Shown here one piece after another: positions 27,903-44,375 of a DNA stretch of 64,000 nucleotides. Source of the DNA: the human T2T-CHM13v2.0 reference genome, Homo sapiens. The notes under the pieces were generated by a model that did not search any database, was not told where the DNA came from, and was given only the letters and a program-made list of their open reading frames with translations. The stretch is from assembly GCF_009914755.1 (NCBI RefSeq), contig NC_060928.1; one strand, 5' to 3'. Within the stretch, counting starts at the first letter, position 1. Every line of letters starts with the position of its first letter. The translations under genes and the position numbers were made by a program.

Positions 27903-28843
27903 AATTTTTGCAATCTACCCATCTGACAAAGGGCTAATATCCAGAATCTACAAAGAACTCAAACAAATTTACAAGAAAAAATCAAATAACCCCATCAAAA
28001 AGTGGGCAAAGGATATGAACAGACACTTCTCAAAAGAAGACATTTATGTAGCCAACAGACACGTGAAAAAATGCTCCTCATCACTGGTCATCAGAGAAAT
28101 GCAAATCAAAACCACAATGAGATACCATCTCACACCAGTTAGAATGGCAATCATTAAAAAGTCAGGAAACAACAGATGCTGGAGAGGATGTGGAGAAATA
28201 GGAACAATTTTATACTGTTGGCGGGAGTGTAAACTAGTTCAACCATTGTGGAAGACAGTGTAGTGATTCCTCAAGGATCTAGAATTAGAAATACCATTTG
28301 ACCCAGCCATCCCATTACTGGGTATACACCCAAAGGATTATAAATCATGCTACTATAAAGACACATGCACACGTATGTTTATTGCAGCACTATTCACAAT
28401 AGCAAAGACTTGGAACCAACCCAAATATCCATCGATGATAGACTGGATTAAGAATATGTGGCACATATATACCATGGAATACTATGCAGCCATGAAAAAT
28501 GATGAGTTCATGTCCTTTGCAGTAACATGGATGAAGCTGGAAACCATCATTCTCAGCAAACTATCACAAGGACAGAAAACCAAACACCACATGTTCTCAC
28601 TCATAGGTGGGAACTGAACAATGAGAATACTTGGACACAGGGAGGAGAACATCACACCCCAGGGCCTGTCGTGGGGTGGGAGGCAGAGGGAGGGATAGCA
28701 TTAGGAGAAATACTTAATGTAAATGATGAGTTAATCGGTGCAGCAAACCAACATGGCACATGTATACATCTGTAACAAACCTGCACATTGTGCACATGTA
28801 CCCTAGAACTTAAAGTATAATTAAAAAAAAAAAAAAAGAAAAA
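27903..28843 (+). mobile_element. 5'-truncated L1PA5/6-like element (L1-C)
   Basis: ORF2 C-terminus ([10 protein letters not shown].., CWRGCGEIG), 3'UTR and poly(A); no clear TSD. Confidence 0.96.
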
Positions 28844-29139
28844 GCTCTGTAAACCTGAGGCTGATTTTTATTGTGAAAATTTTGTATTTTGATTAAATTA
28901 TTTACTTTTAGTTGCTTAGGAAAAGCAAAGTGTTAAAATTTAAGAAAAACTTTGAGACAAAATAACCCTGGCTCTTATCTGTAACCTACTTTAGCACCCT
29001 GGACAAATCATTTTACCTTGCTAGCTCTATCTTTTTTAACCGTAAATGGGTTAGTTAAATCTCAGGTTTCTATAAAATTGTATGAAGATGAAATTTCAAA
29101 ACGTTATATGAAAAAGACATTTGAATTCAACTCTGTCAA

Positions 29140-29970
29140 AGAACTTACACTCAGAATACATAAATCTTAAAAAAGAAATGAAGAAAAACAATCCAATTTT
29201 TAAAAACTGGGCCAAAGGCTCAAAAAGGGACTTTTAAAAAATACAGCATCCAAATAACAAATAAGCATATGAAAAGATGTCCAACAACTTTGGTTACAGA
29301 AATGAAGCCAAAATGTGATAACACTAAAATTTATCAGGATGCCTTTTCAAAATTACCATATGTTAGTAAAGTTGTGGAACAGCCAAAACTCACACTGCTA
29401 ATGGAAATGTACAGCAGTGCAGCCACTTTTTAAAACTCTTTGGCAGTATCTGCTAAAGTTGGATGTATATAGGCCTTACAATCCAGCAATTCCACTCTTA
29501 GATATATCCCCAACAAAATGAGTGCATATGTGCACCAAACAACATAAAATAATGTTAGAAGCAGTTTTATCTATAAGAAGCAAAAACTAGAAACAATCCA
29601 AATGTCTATCAGCAGTAGGATGAATAAATTAATTGTAGTATGTTATGCAATAGAATGTGTACAGTAATGAAAAAGACTGAATTATTGCTACATTCAACAA
29701 TGTGAACGGGTCTCAGAGATGCTAATGGTACGCAAAAGAAGACTGACACAAAAGAATATGCACTGTACGATTTCATTTATTTGAAGTTCAAAAACAAGCA
29801 AAACTAATTTTTGGTGCTAGAAGTCAGAATGGTGGGTTACCTGTGGGAGCACAATACTGACTGGGAGGCTGGAGATGTTCTAAATTTTGATCTGGATTGT
29901 AGTTATATGGGTATATTTGTTTATAAAAATGCATCAAGCTTTATTATAATGTCTAGTGTCAATAAAAAGC
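29140..29970 (+). mobile_element. Ancient L1ME-type 3' end
   Basis: cagcaattccactcttagatatatccc, aaactagaaacaatccaaatgtctatcagcag and ctagaagtcagaatggtgg. Confidence 0.7.
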
Positions 29971-32765
29971 ATATTTACTTGTAAAATTTTATTAAACTTT
30001 ACATATTGCATGACTCATCAATTTTAAAATTTATCCTCCAAATTTTTATGAGTGAAGAAAGATATACCTGAAGTTTAGTAACTCTTTCAAATATTATTTG
30101 TTGGGTTTCATTCAAAAAATAATATTTTTAGCTATTGTTTTAGCAATATATATGGATAGAGATGTCTAAGTAATATTCACAAATTATTCACCAAACATTA
30201 ATTATTTTTTCCAGAGGGCAATAGTTGACTTTTGACATGGACTTTTCTATATTGTTTGAATTATTAATGATGGCATATGTCATTTTTATAAAAATTATAG
30301 GGCCATTTTTCTTCAAGAAAAATGAATAAATAAAGCTATCTGGGTAACATGTCTGACCACTATCCCTGTCAAGGATAATTGAGTGGGTTTGTATAATTCA
30401 ATAATTGTAATTAAATCCATAGCCATGATCATTCTGAAATGCCTGCATCCTCTTTCTCCCTTTCTGTTCACCAGCTGCAGTGCTGCTAATGGCTGAGGGC
30501 ATCACTGAGATGTTCTGTAACTCACTGCAGGCGAGATGCCGCTTCAGTATCCCATACCTTTGGCTGCTCTTCGTCTACTATACCTCCTCACACTTCTCCC
30601 AGTCACCTTTCCAGCAGCTGTGATTCCAGCTGATTTTGGCCACCCACATTGATCTGGACAGGATGCCTCTCAGGTAGGTTTCAATATAGATGTCCCTTTT
30701 CCACCTCTAGCCAACCTGAACCCAGGAAGACTGTGGGCAGCCTGAGTACATGACGTTTTTCTCACAACCGAGGGTTGTTGACTCCCAAGTGGTAGATATT
30801 TGTCAAGGCTGATGCTATTACTTTTGGTTACATGGTATTCGATCAGGCTTCCTATTGGAGGGAAGGAATCTTTATTTGAAGATCTTGATGGATGATAGGT
30901 TGTCCCCTTTCACCAGGAAAGCCAGAAAGGTCCCTGGCAGCTATTGGAATAGCATGTGGCCTCAACTCTCCCAGTAGGAACTTCCACACAATACTTGGAA
31001 TCCTGAGGGGATGATGTTAACATACAGGAGTATCCTGTTATTCATTCATAAGAGGATTGCGAAATTGAGTGTCCATGGAAATGGTGGCAAGTATCCAGTA
31101 GCAACAGCAGTGACATTCTACCAGACTTTCCTGAGACATGAATCTGGTCATATTCTCAGCTACACAGACTTCCTTAGCTCTTGACTATTTCCTAAACTTG
31201 ATTCATAAGCTATTCAACATTTTTCCAACAAATATCTTTTCTCCCAAGCTATCCAGATGTGGTTTCTGTTGCATGCAACTAGGAACCCTGATCCCCTCCT
31301 ACTACCTTTTTATTTATTTCTGTCCAGTTGGAACCTGGAGAAAACTAACACTACCTCTCTATAAACCTACTTTACTGAAGGAAGAAAATTCCATTCATTC
31401 CCATCTCTCCACATCACCTTCCGCTTCTCTGGGATTTCCATCACTCCGAGAGCATTCCACATAAACTGGACCTGTTTAGTTGATCCTTTCCCCTTGGAAG
31501 CCTTTACTCTCATTACAAAAAAAAAAAAAAAAATCTGTTTAAAGAGAAAAAGTCAGCCTACTTTTTTCCAAACTCCTTTGGGACTTTGTAAAAGGTGAAA
31601 TGGGTAAGCATGTTGGTATCTGGAAAGAATTTTTAAAGATCCTTCTCTACATTCCACTGTTTTATCAATAGTCAAGTATTCTATTTCATGACTATTGTGT
31701 ATTAGGTATATCTATACTTGATTTTACAAATTCATAATTGTGAAGGTAAAATCAATCAATATCACAACATCCAAAAGCCATCAACACTTTCGCATTAGTT
31801 TCTCACTCCTGAGCTGCTTTCAAGAAATGATTTAGATAAAGAGGACCAAATGAAACAGGCCGGAAATTCAGAAAGAATTATATTCCCATCTCTGTGACTG
31901 TGCTCCCTTCATCAAAGGATATAGTAGAATGGATATTTGTTATACGTTGAGGCTGCATAGCAACTGTGCACATCTTTACAGTGTATGGGAACTTGTTGCC
32001 ATAAAAAGCCTCACCTCCCCAAGGTAAAAGCCAGCAGGACCTTTCCCTGGTCCCTAGCAGACAGGACTCAGACAGGGAATGAGCATCTTGCCCATCACCT
32101 GGTCAAGGCAAAAGTAACAGGAAGATGAAGAAGCTGTGTAAAATTCACTCCTGCAAGGGAATATGATGTGACAGACATTCATTTGTTTTGAGGAGGCCCA
32201 ATGGCAATACCCAAAGCCAGCCCTGGGTAATAGTGAACTGCCATATCTGAGTCCCAGCAGCAGAGCATGGTTTGAGCCATCTTCTGGTGGTCCAAACCTG
32301 CCAGAGATTTCTGCAAACCACACGACTCATGCTAATACATTTATATTCTGCTATAACTAGTAAAAGAAGGTCCTTTTGACAATGGATAACCCTGATTGAT
32401 AGTGGAGAAAATGCTTACCCAAGGAATTTATTTTATTTTCTTTCCTATAACACAAAGAAACCTACCTCGATATGAAATAAATACCCTTTCAAATCCTGGT
32501 GTATAAAGTATACTCATTATTAATAGTCCTGCCTACATAAAATACCTCAAAACCACAAATAAATATTATTTATTATGGTGATAAATAACCATCTCTCAGA
32601 TTGCAGGGAGCTTTAAAAACACTGAATCTCACAGGATGCTGTTCACATTCATCTGCAAGGAAGAGAACTAGTACCATTGTTTAGTCTGAATTGAACCATA
32701 CAAACAATATTATGTGTTTGTGTGATATATTGTGCCAGCACAGTTTAATAAATCTTATTCAATAA

Positions 32766-32972
<207 letters not shown>

Positions 32973-33411
32973 TAACTTTTTACAGGACTTAGCATCATAT
33001 TTTTATTTGTATAAAATAAACATAAAACTAGAGCTTATTTCCTGTTAACCATTTTGTGAGTCTTTTTGTACACTTCCAAAACACCAATAGCCACTTTATT
33101 ATTTTTCTTTTGCTTTTGTTAGCATCTTTGGGCCACACAAATATTTAGAAGATTTATGTGGTATCAAACTCATAATTTTGTGTAAACAAAGCTCACCCAT
33201 TTCTATATAGTTCATATTTCTAAGCCAAGGCAAAGACAAAATAGGAATCATTTTTCTTTGACAATTTTATTTAGCATAAAAGACTATATACAGGCATTAC
33301 ACCTGTAAAAAACAATTCCATGTAAATAATAAACATAAACCCCATAATTTGGTTTATATCTTTATCCACCTATCAAATTCCATGACCATTCCCTTAATTT
33401 ACATTTTTACC

Positions 33412-33900
33412 AGTTTGGTCAGGATTCATAGTTGGAGACAGTAGAATCTTCTTTACCTGATTGATGCAAGAGGAATTACTAAGTGATATGACTAGTTCAC
33501 AGAATTGTTAAGAGAGCTGAGAAAACAGACTATGATGACTTCATTAACCACAACACAGAATTAGGCCTCTCAAGGAGTTTCTACCTTTACCCTGCCTCTG
33601 CCCCTGTGGATTTGTGGCTGAATCAGTGGGCTGGTATTAGTGCTGTTCCTATGACGATGGTTCTAGCTCCAGAATTACATCATCTCTTCCACCCTTTTCC
33701 AACAAAATGTAGCCCCACGTCTGCCTCTCTCCCTTGTAACTCAGTTCCATATCAGTTTTGTGTAAGTGCAGCTGTACACAGGATGGACCCTAGTGCATAT
33801 GCAATGTCCTAGTTGCAGAGGAGTCTGGGAAACACAGGTTTGGGTGTTCTAGTCTCTACAGCACAAAAAGATATGATAGAAGGGAGTTGAAATGAGAGTT
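33412..33900 (-). mobile_element. Old ERVL LTR (LTR33-like)
   Basis: tcacagaattgttaagagagctgag and cctagttgcagaggagtctgggaaa; recognised from memory only. Confidence 0.4.
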
Positions 33901-34494
33901 GATCAAGCCCAATCTAATAGTATAACTCATAACTTTCTTATATTTCTACTGAGGCCAGAATGGTCTTTAAAATGAAACCATAATGTTGCTACTCCTGACA
34001 TAAAATCCTTCAGGGAATTCTAAAGTCATTCAACATGGGAACTCTTCAATATGCATTATAAAACTTTGATGATGCAACCCTTATCCAGGTCTGTAGCCTC
34101 ATCTCCTTCCCTCATATATGTATTTACAAAGTCAGTATGTGGTTTCAGACCTCCCAATATTTGCATATTCTGTTCTCTTTGCCTGGAACATCTTTCTCTG
34201 TCTTCTTTCCCTAACTAATTCCTACTAGTACTTCAATTAGCTTTGCTATTATCACTTGTTCCCAAAGATGCCCAATCCCTGTAATATGATGGGATGTCTA
34301 CCCATCTAGCCTCATATAATATTCTACACATATTGATTTGTAGCACTCATTTCATGGAACCGTCATTAGCCTGATTTATTTTTCAGTCTTCCACATTAGA
34401 CCATAACTAAGGTAAGGCTTATTATCTACCTCTATAACCCCAGTACTTTCCATAATGCCTAACAAACACAAAAAAATTCTTTGTAAATAAATGG

Positions 34495-34800
34495 ACTTGG
34501 GGGAGAGGATGAATAGGCAGAGCACAGGGGATTTTTAGGGCAGTGATACTATTCTACATGATACTATAATGTAGGAAACATGTCATTATGCATTTGTCAA
34601 AACCCATAGAATGTACAACACCAAGAAAGAACACTAATGTAAACTATGAATTTTGGGTGACAATGATGTATCAGTGCAGGTTCATTGGTTTTGATAGGTT
34701 AACTACTCTGATGTGTGGGGCAGGAGGTATATGGGAACGCTGCATTTTCTGCTCAAGTTTGCTGCTAATCTAAAAATGCTCTAAAAATTAAAGTCTATAA
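34495..34800 (+). mobile_element. L1MC-type 3' end
   Basis: atgaataggcagagcacaggggatttttagggcagtga and catttgtcaaaacccatagaatgtacaacaccaag. Confidence 0.8.
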
Positions 34801-35015
34801 TGGGACACATGGAAGTAAAGTGTGTGGAGTGATAGACAATGGAGACTTGGAAGGGTGGGAAGTAGGAGGGGGAGAATGATGAGAAACTACTTAAGGGGTA
34901 CAATGTACATTATTCAGATGATGAATCCTCTAAAAGCCCTGACTTCACCACTACACAATATATCCATGTAACAAAATCACACTTGTATACAATAAATTTA
35001 TACAAAATTTTAAAA
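34801..35015 (+). mobile_element. L1MA/L1PB-type 3' end
   Basis: aaaagccctgacttcaccactacacaatatatccatgtaacaaaa. Confidence 0.75.
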
Positions 35016-35879
35016 AGTAAAATTTGTTTAAGAAAAAATAAATAGAACATGAATGAGTGTAATTGAATAAAAATATCATTGTGGTCCAGAACTAAAGGAA
35101 GGAGTTTCTGAATGCTTGCCTAGAAATGCAAAGTTAAAGAACACAGTGCTTTCATAACACAAGAAGGAAGAAGCTGTTCAATCTCTTTGTTTTACAGAAG
35201 AGGAGATCAAGGAACATAGAGTTATTTTCTCAAGATCACACAGATAAAATCTGAGCAGGGAACAAGTGTTTAATTCCTGCCTTCGTACTTGAATGACCCT
35301 GGACTATTGAAACGGTTCAGTATCACAAGGCCTTGTCTTGTCCAGAATCTAAAGAATTAAACTCTAAAGATCTGGCAATGACTTGGCAGTTTTGTTCTAT
35401 TAAGAGTGAACTTATGTACTTCAAGCAAACTATTCTTAGGGAACTCTCCAGAGCCCCTTCTCAAAATGACTTTAGATTTAACAACTAAACTTTTGTAGAT
35501 TTTAAGCAGAAGAACAAAATAAAGTTGTTAAAGTATCAAATGAGATAATGTATGAGAAAGGAAATATAAGGTATTGTCATGATTAAATCTATTTCTTGGA
35601 ATAACACAATATCTGCCCTAAGCTAGAAAGTGAATAAGTAATTTGTTTCAGAATGAGAAAAAACTCTCAAGCCTGGTAAAGGCTATCACTCAATATGCCT
35701 TTTCCTGAGAAATAATTTTATAAGCCTCCAAATGGAAAGACAAATAATTTTTAAATATTTTATATATATTGCGCTTTAATTCTAGTAAAATGTCACACTT
35801 TAAATTGTGGTCTGAGAGAAATTTACTGTTTATTATACACAACATCGGTTCAACTCAGTATTTTGCTTTTTAACAAGAA

Positions 35880-38292
35880 ACCCTGTAAAATGTCATCAAT
35901 AAGTCTGAAAACTCAGATGAAATTTATAATTTCCAGGACTCAGAGAAACATGTAAATAGACAGAGTCATTAAAGAAATTAAATCAATAAAATCTTCCCAC
36001 AGAAGAGATAATAGGCCCAGAGGACTTCATAGACAGTCATAAACAGATCATTCTAATCTGATACAAACTCTTGATTTCTATCACACTGATACAAACTTTA
36101 TGCCAAAAACAACGACAATAGAGGAAATCAAGTATCCTCAAACTCATGTATGTAGGTGTAAAAATCCTAAACAAAACATTAGAAAACAAAATCCAATCAA
36201 TAGTCTATAGTAAAATATGATCAAGTCAGGATTACTCTAGGGTAATGGAAGCTTAACAATGGAAAATCTATTCACCATATTAGCAAATTAAGGAGATAAA
36301 TCATATAATTATCTCTGAAAACACACAAAAAAGCACTCAATGAAATCCAACATTATCTTCCTGATAAAACTCTTAGCACCCAGAAAAGCCCCCAAAAAAG
36401 AATTTCTTTAACTTAATAAGCATATCTGACAAAAACTTATGACAAACTTCACACTTGGTGGCAAAAACATCAAAATTATTACCAAAAATTTGGGAACAAA
36501 CCTAAGAAACACTCCATCAACTCTTCTATTCGATATTACTATCAAGATCCTAGGCAGTAAGATACAACAAGAAACAGAAACAAAAGGTATTATAATTGGA
36601 AAAAAAGTAAACCACTTATTATTTGCAAAGCTATAATTGTCTACATAGAAAATTCATGGTTGTCATTAGAGAATAACTGAAGAATGTAAAGAGGATTTGA
36701 AGATTTAAAAGTAGTAAATAAATAATAAAGCAACAGAGGACTGAAAGTGCCATAGATTGAGAGATGTGATTAATTCAACCACCTGAGATTTAAAAACATA
36801 TAGACAAGTTATCAGAATAGGAAAAGAGCTTAGTAATGGGATCATATTCAAAAATCAACTGCATTTCTATACATTAACAACAAAAGGTAGCTCACGTAGC
36901 TCACAAATACCATTTAGAGTAGCAATAGAATAAATATATACAAAAATTATGAAAAAATTATAAACCTTTACTAAAAAACATTAAAGCAGACTAAATAAAT
37001 GGAAAATCATGTTCATTAACACAGACTCACTATTGCAAAATGTGAATTCTCCCCAAATTTATATATAAATTAAATAAAATTTCAATCAACATTGCACAAG
37101 GGTTTCTCATGGAACATAACAAATTGATTACAAAATTTATACTGAGTTAGTATAAATGTATACTATTTAAATTTGTACTGAGCTAGTATAAAATGTCAGA
37201 ACTAGATAAGACACTCCAAAAGAAGTCTAAGTTGGAGGTGGGGGAAACTTTTCCTCCCAGATACCAAAACTTATTTTAAGTTATGGTAACTAAGACAATT
37301 TAGGTATGTGATATGGATAAAAAGACTAATTGACTAGAATTAAAAGTCCAGCAACAGATTTACATATACATGGAAACTCAAGCTATGATAGAGTTGACAT
37401 TGCATATCATTGGAAAAGGATGGACAATTCAATAAAGAGTACTGGGATAATTGATTATCCATTTGGAAAAATGATAAAATTGAATTCTATACATATAAAA
37501 CACAATAATCAATTATAGATGGCATTGTTTATAAAAGCAAAACTTAAAGCTTTTAGAAAAAAACATTGGTGAATATTTTTCAACCTTAGTGGGAAATAAC
37601 TTCTTAAACAAGACACAAAAATGCCTACCAAAAAGAAACATTACTACATTAAATCAAGATAATTTGTATCAAAAGACAGTATAAAAGTATGTTAAAATCA
37701 AGCCACAGCAGACAATTTTGAAGCAAATATCTATAAAGGGGTATTATCAAAAAGCATAATAATACTGGATAAAATAAATAAGCATTTCACAGACAGGAAA
37801 TACGAATGGCCCATAAGCGTATAAAAGCACACTCAGCTTCATAAGTGATTAGGAAAGTGCAAATTACATTTACCAGAGGAGCAAAAATATCAAAGGTTAG
37901 GTACAGTGTAGAGCAACAGTAATTCTCTTATGCACGTGATGAATGCAGCCATCTGGGAATAACCATTTGGAAAACAATATCACATAATTGTGTAAAACTG
38001 AACAGTTTACTTAGCCTAATGACCCAAATGATCATTTTTATACTGTAAGGATAATGATACATACTTTAGGGAAGCTCTTGTACATGTTTATACAGAAATA
38101 TATACAAGATTGTCTGCAGCATCATTGTATATACTAACAAAAATTTGTCCATCAACAGAATTACATAATGGTATATCACACAATTGAATATTATATAGCA
38201 GTGAATGTGAATAAACTAAACTTACAAGCATTAACATAGGTAAATCTTCAAAACATGTTGAGTAAAAAAGCAAGTAGAAATTATATGATTCC
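35880..38292 (+). mobile_element. Highly degraded ancient L1 (ORF2 to 3' end)
   Basis: aggcccagaggacttcatag, aaaaatcctaaacaaaacattagaaaac, tattcaaaaatcaactgcatttctatac; ORF 36439-36636 is RT-like. Confidence 0.75.
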
Positions 38293-38299
38293 ACTTTAA

Positions 38300-39620
38300 T
38301 AGACTTTATTTTTAGAGCGGTTTTAGGTTCACAGAAAAATTAAGCAGAAATAGAGCTCCCACATAACCTCTAACTTCCCCCACTCCCCACCACTGCATAC
38401 AGCCTTCCCTCATTAACACTCTGCACCAAAGTGGTATATTTGTTACAAAAGATGAGTCTGTGTTGACACATCATTAACAACCCAAAACCCATAGTTTACA
38501 ATTGAGGTTCACTCTTTGGGTTTGAATATTTTATAATTTTAACAAATGTACAGTGACATGTATCCACCATTGTAGTTTCACAGAGAATTTTCACTGCCCT
38601 AAAATCCTCTGTGCTCCACCTATTCATTCCTTACTTCCCTCAGCTCCTGGCAACCACTGATTTTTCGCTGTCTCCATAGTTTTGCTATTTCCAGAAAGTC
38701 ATATAGTTAGAATTATACAGTATGTAACCTTTTCAGATTGCCTGCTTTTACTTAGTAATATACATTTAAGATTATTTTATGTTTTCTCATGGCTTGATAG
38801 CTCTTTTCTTTTTCATGCTGAATAATATTCCATTGTCTCGACGTACTACCATTTATCCATTCGCCTGCTGAAGGATACTTTGGTTGCTTCCAAGTTTTGG
38901 CAATTACGAATAAAGCTAAGATAAACATTTGTGTGCAAGTTTTGTGTGAACGTAAGTTTTTCAGTTCCTTTGGGTAAATACCAAGGAGTGTAACGGCTGA
39001 ATTGTATGGTGTATTAGTCTATTTTAACACTGTTAAAGAAATACCTGAAACTGGGTAATTTATAAAGAAAAGAGATGTAATTGGCTCACGGTTCTGCAGG
39101 CTGTACAGGAAGCATGGCTGGGGAGGCTTCAGGAAACTTACAATCATGGCAGAAGGGGAAGCAAGCACATCTTACATGGCCGGAGCAGGAGGAAGAGAAT
39201 GAAGGGGATGGGGTTGCTACACACTTTTAAGCAACCAGATCTCATGACAGCTCACTCACTACCATGAGAACAGCGAAGGGGAAATCAGCCCCCCATGATC
39301 CAATCACCTCCCACCAGGCCCCTCCTCCAACACTGGGGATTACAGTTTGACATGAGATTTGGGCAGGAACACAAATCCAAACTATATCATATGGTAAATT
39401 TAGTTTTAAGAGAGACTGCCAAGCTGTCTTCCAAAGTGGCTATACCATTTTGCATTCCCACCAGCAGTCAATGAGAGTTCCTGTTACTCCACATTCTTGC
39501 CAGTACTTGATGTTGCCAGTATTCTGGATTTTGACCATTCCAATAGATGTGTAGTGGTATCTCATTGTTTTAATTTGCATTTTCCTGATGACATATGATG
39601 TAGAGCATTTCAAATGCTTA
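38300..39620 (-). mobile_element. L1MB/MC-type 3' end interrupted by a THE1 LTR
   Basis: ttttaggttcacagaaaaattaagcagaaa and tttgggtaaataccaaggag; sequence resumes after the LTR. Confidence 0.8.
39010..39389 (-). mobile_element. THE1D-like MaLR solo LTR
   Basis: tg...ca ends with 5-bp TSD tatgg (39005-39009, 39390-39394); aggaagcatggctggggaggcttcaggaaacttacaatcatgg. Confidence 0.9.
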
Positions 39621-39799
39621 GATAGTTCTAGCCTTGTTATTTTACAATAATCTGCCTAATCTCCCAGGATTTAATTAGGACATAGTCGTGTAACAGAAGG
39701 TAGAGGAAGATAAAGGAAAACTAACATTTATTAAGTAACTTATGCACTAAGCACTGTGCCAGCCATTGTTTAGGTGAAATATGTGTGTATATACATGTG

Positions 39800-40590
39800 T
39801 TTGTACATATACGTACTATATATATGTAAGCATGTAGAATATATACACAGAATAAAGAATAATAATGAAATAATAGCTATAAGCACACCACCTGAAATAA
39901 GAAAGGAAACATTACAAGCATCCCAGAGCCTCCTAAATGCCCCCCTGATCTTATCCCATGCCCTCTGGCCAGAAATAATAGTTATGTGTTAATCATATAA
40001 TTGCTTTTCCGTATACTCTGCATGTGTATCTGTTAATAAATAAAATACTGTATAATTTTTGCCTACTTCAATCAATATTATCTCTGAGATTTATCCATGT
40101 TGTTATATGTAGCTGTAGCTCATTCATTTTCACTACTTTATAGTATTCTATTGTGTGCTATACCATAATATATTCGTTCTGTTGATGGGCATATGAGTTC
40201 TTTTCAGTTTTTAATTTTAACAATGCTACCATGGATACTATTGTGTATGTTTCCTGGCATGTATGCTCATATAGAGTACATACCTGGAAGTAAATAACTG
40301 AGTCACTGTGCATGCATATATTTCACTTTATTAGGTAATGCTAATTTTTTCTGAAATACTAGTACAGAGTGCCACAGCAGAGTGTAAGCATTTCAGTTCC
40401 TTCTAGTCATCAATCACAGTTGGAATTGTTAGACTCTTCAATCAATTTCATAAACATGAAATGGTATGTGATAATTTTGTTATTTTGTATATTCTTGGTT
40501 ATTAATGAAGCTAAATATCTTTTCACAAGTTCATTTTTCTTTTGTGTTTCCTTCTCTATGAAATGTCTATACATGTCTCTGGCATTTTTT
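39800..40590 (-). mobile_element. Ancient L1ME fragments
   Basis: ctgagatttatccatgttgtt..gtagctgtagctcattcattttcact. Confidence 0.65.
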
Positions 40591-40711
40591 TTTTAATTTG
40601 TGCTGTAGTTGAGTATTTTTGATGGAAAGAAATTACTGTATTGTTCTTTAGTCTTTAAAAAGATTACTTAAGCCAATATCCAACCTTAAAATTGTAAAAT
40701 ACTGAGTTTTC

Positions 40712-40713
<2 letters not shown>

Positions 40714-40757
<44 letters not shown>

Positions 40758-41317
40758 CTTTAAGTTCTAGGGTACATGTGCACAACATGCAGGTTTGTTA
40801 CATATGTATACATGTGCCATGTTGGTGTGCTGCACCCATTAACTCGTCATTTACATTAGGTATATCTCCTAATGCTATCCCTCCCCTCTCCCCCACCCCA
40901 CAACAGGCCCTGGTGTGTGATGTTCCCCTTCCTGTGTCCAAATGTTCTCATTGTTCAATTCCCACCTATGAGTGAGAACATGCAGTGTTTGGTTTTTTGT
41001 CCCTGCAATAGTTTGCTGAGAATGATGGTTTCCAGCTTCATCCATGTACCTACAAAGGACATGAACTCATCCTTTCTTATGGCTGCATAGTATTCCATGG
41101 TGTATATGTGCCACATTTTCTTAATCCAGTCTATCATTGATGGACATTTGGGTTGGTTCCAAGTCTTTGCTATTGTGAATAGTGCCGCAATAAACATACG
41201 TGTGCATGTGCGTTTATAGCAGAATGATTTATAATCCTTTGAGTATATACCCAGTAATGGGATGGCTGGGTCAAATGGTATTTCTAGTTCTAGATCCTTG
41301 AGGAATCGTCACACTGT
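40714..41317 (-). mobile_element. 5'-truncated L1PA (about PA4-5) with (TTA)n tail
   Basis: L1PA 3' end in reverse; TSD ctgagttttctt at 40702-40713 and 41318-41329. Confidence 0.96.
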
Positions 41318-41759
41318 CTGAGTTTTCTTAACTACAAATGTGGTATGTCTCTATTTATTTGAGTTCTTTTAGAGTCTTACCTCTCAATAAATGTTTAGAA
41401 CTTTCTGGATAGAAGCCAAGCACATTTTACATTAGATTTATTCCAATGTATTTTAGTTGCTATTGTAATGACATATTACTTCCTTTGCATTTCTAACTGC
41501 TCTTTGCTAGTATCATGCTACACTTTGTATTTGTAGTATCTGGTGTGTTTCAATTAGGCATATCACCACAACACAAAGAAACACTTATTATTAATTGACA
41601 TTATATGTATAAAAATTAGAATCAGAAAGGAAAGGGATTGTTAAGTCATTGTTCTGTTCTAGGTATTGAACTAAGAACTCCACTATCTCACTTTTTCTCA
41701 CTTTAAATATATTAATCTCAGTGTGAAGAGAAGGCTTTGTTTGTGTATGTGTGTGAGAG

Positions 41760-44375
<2,616 letters not shown>

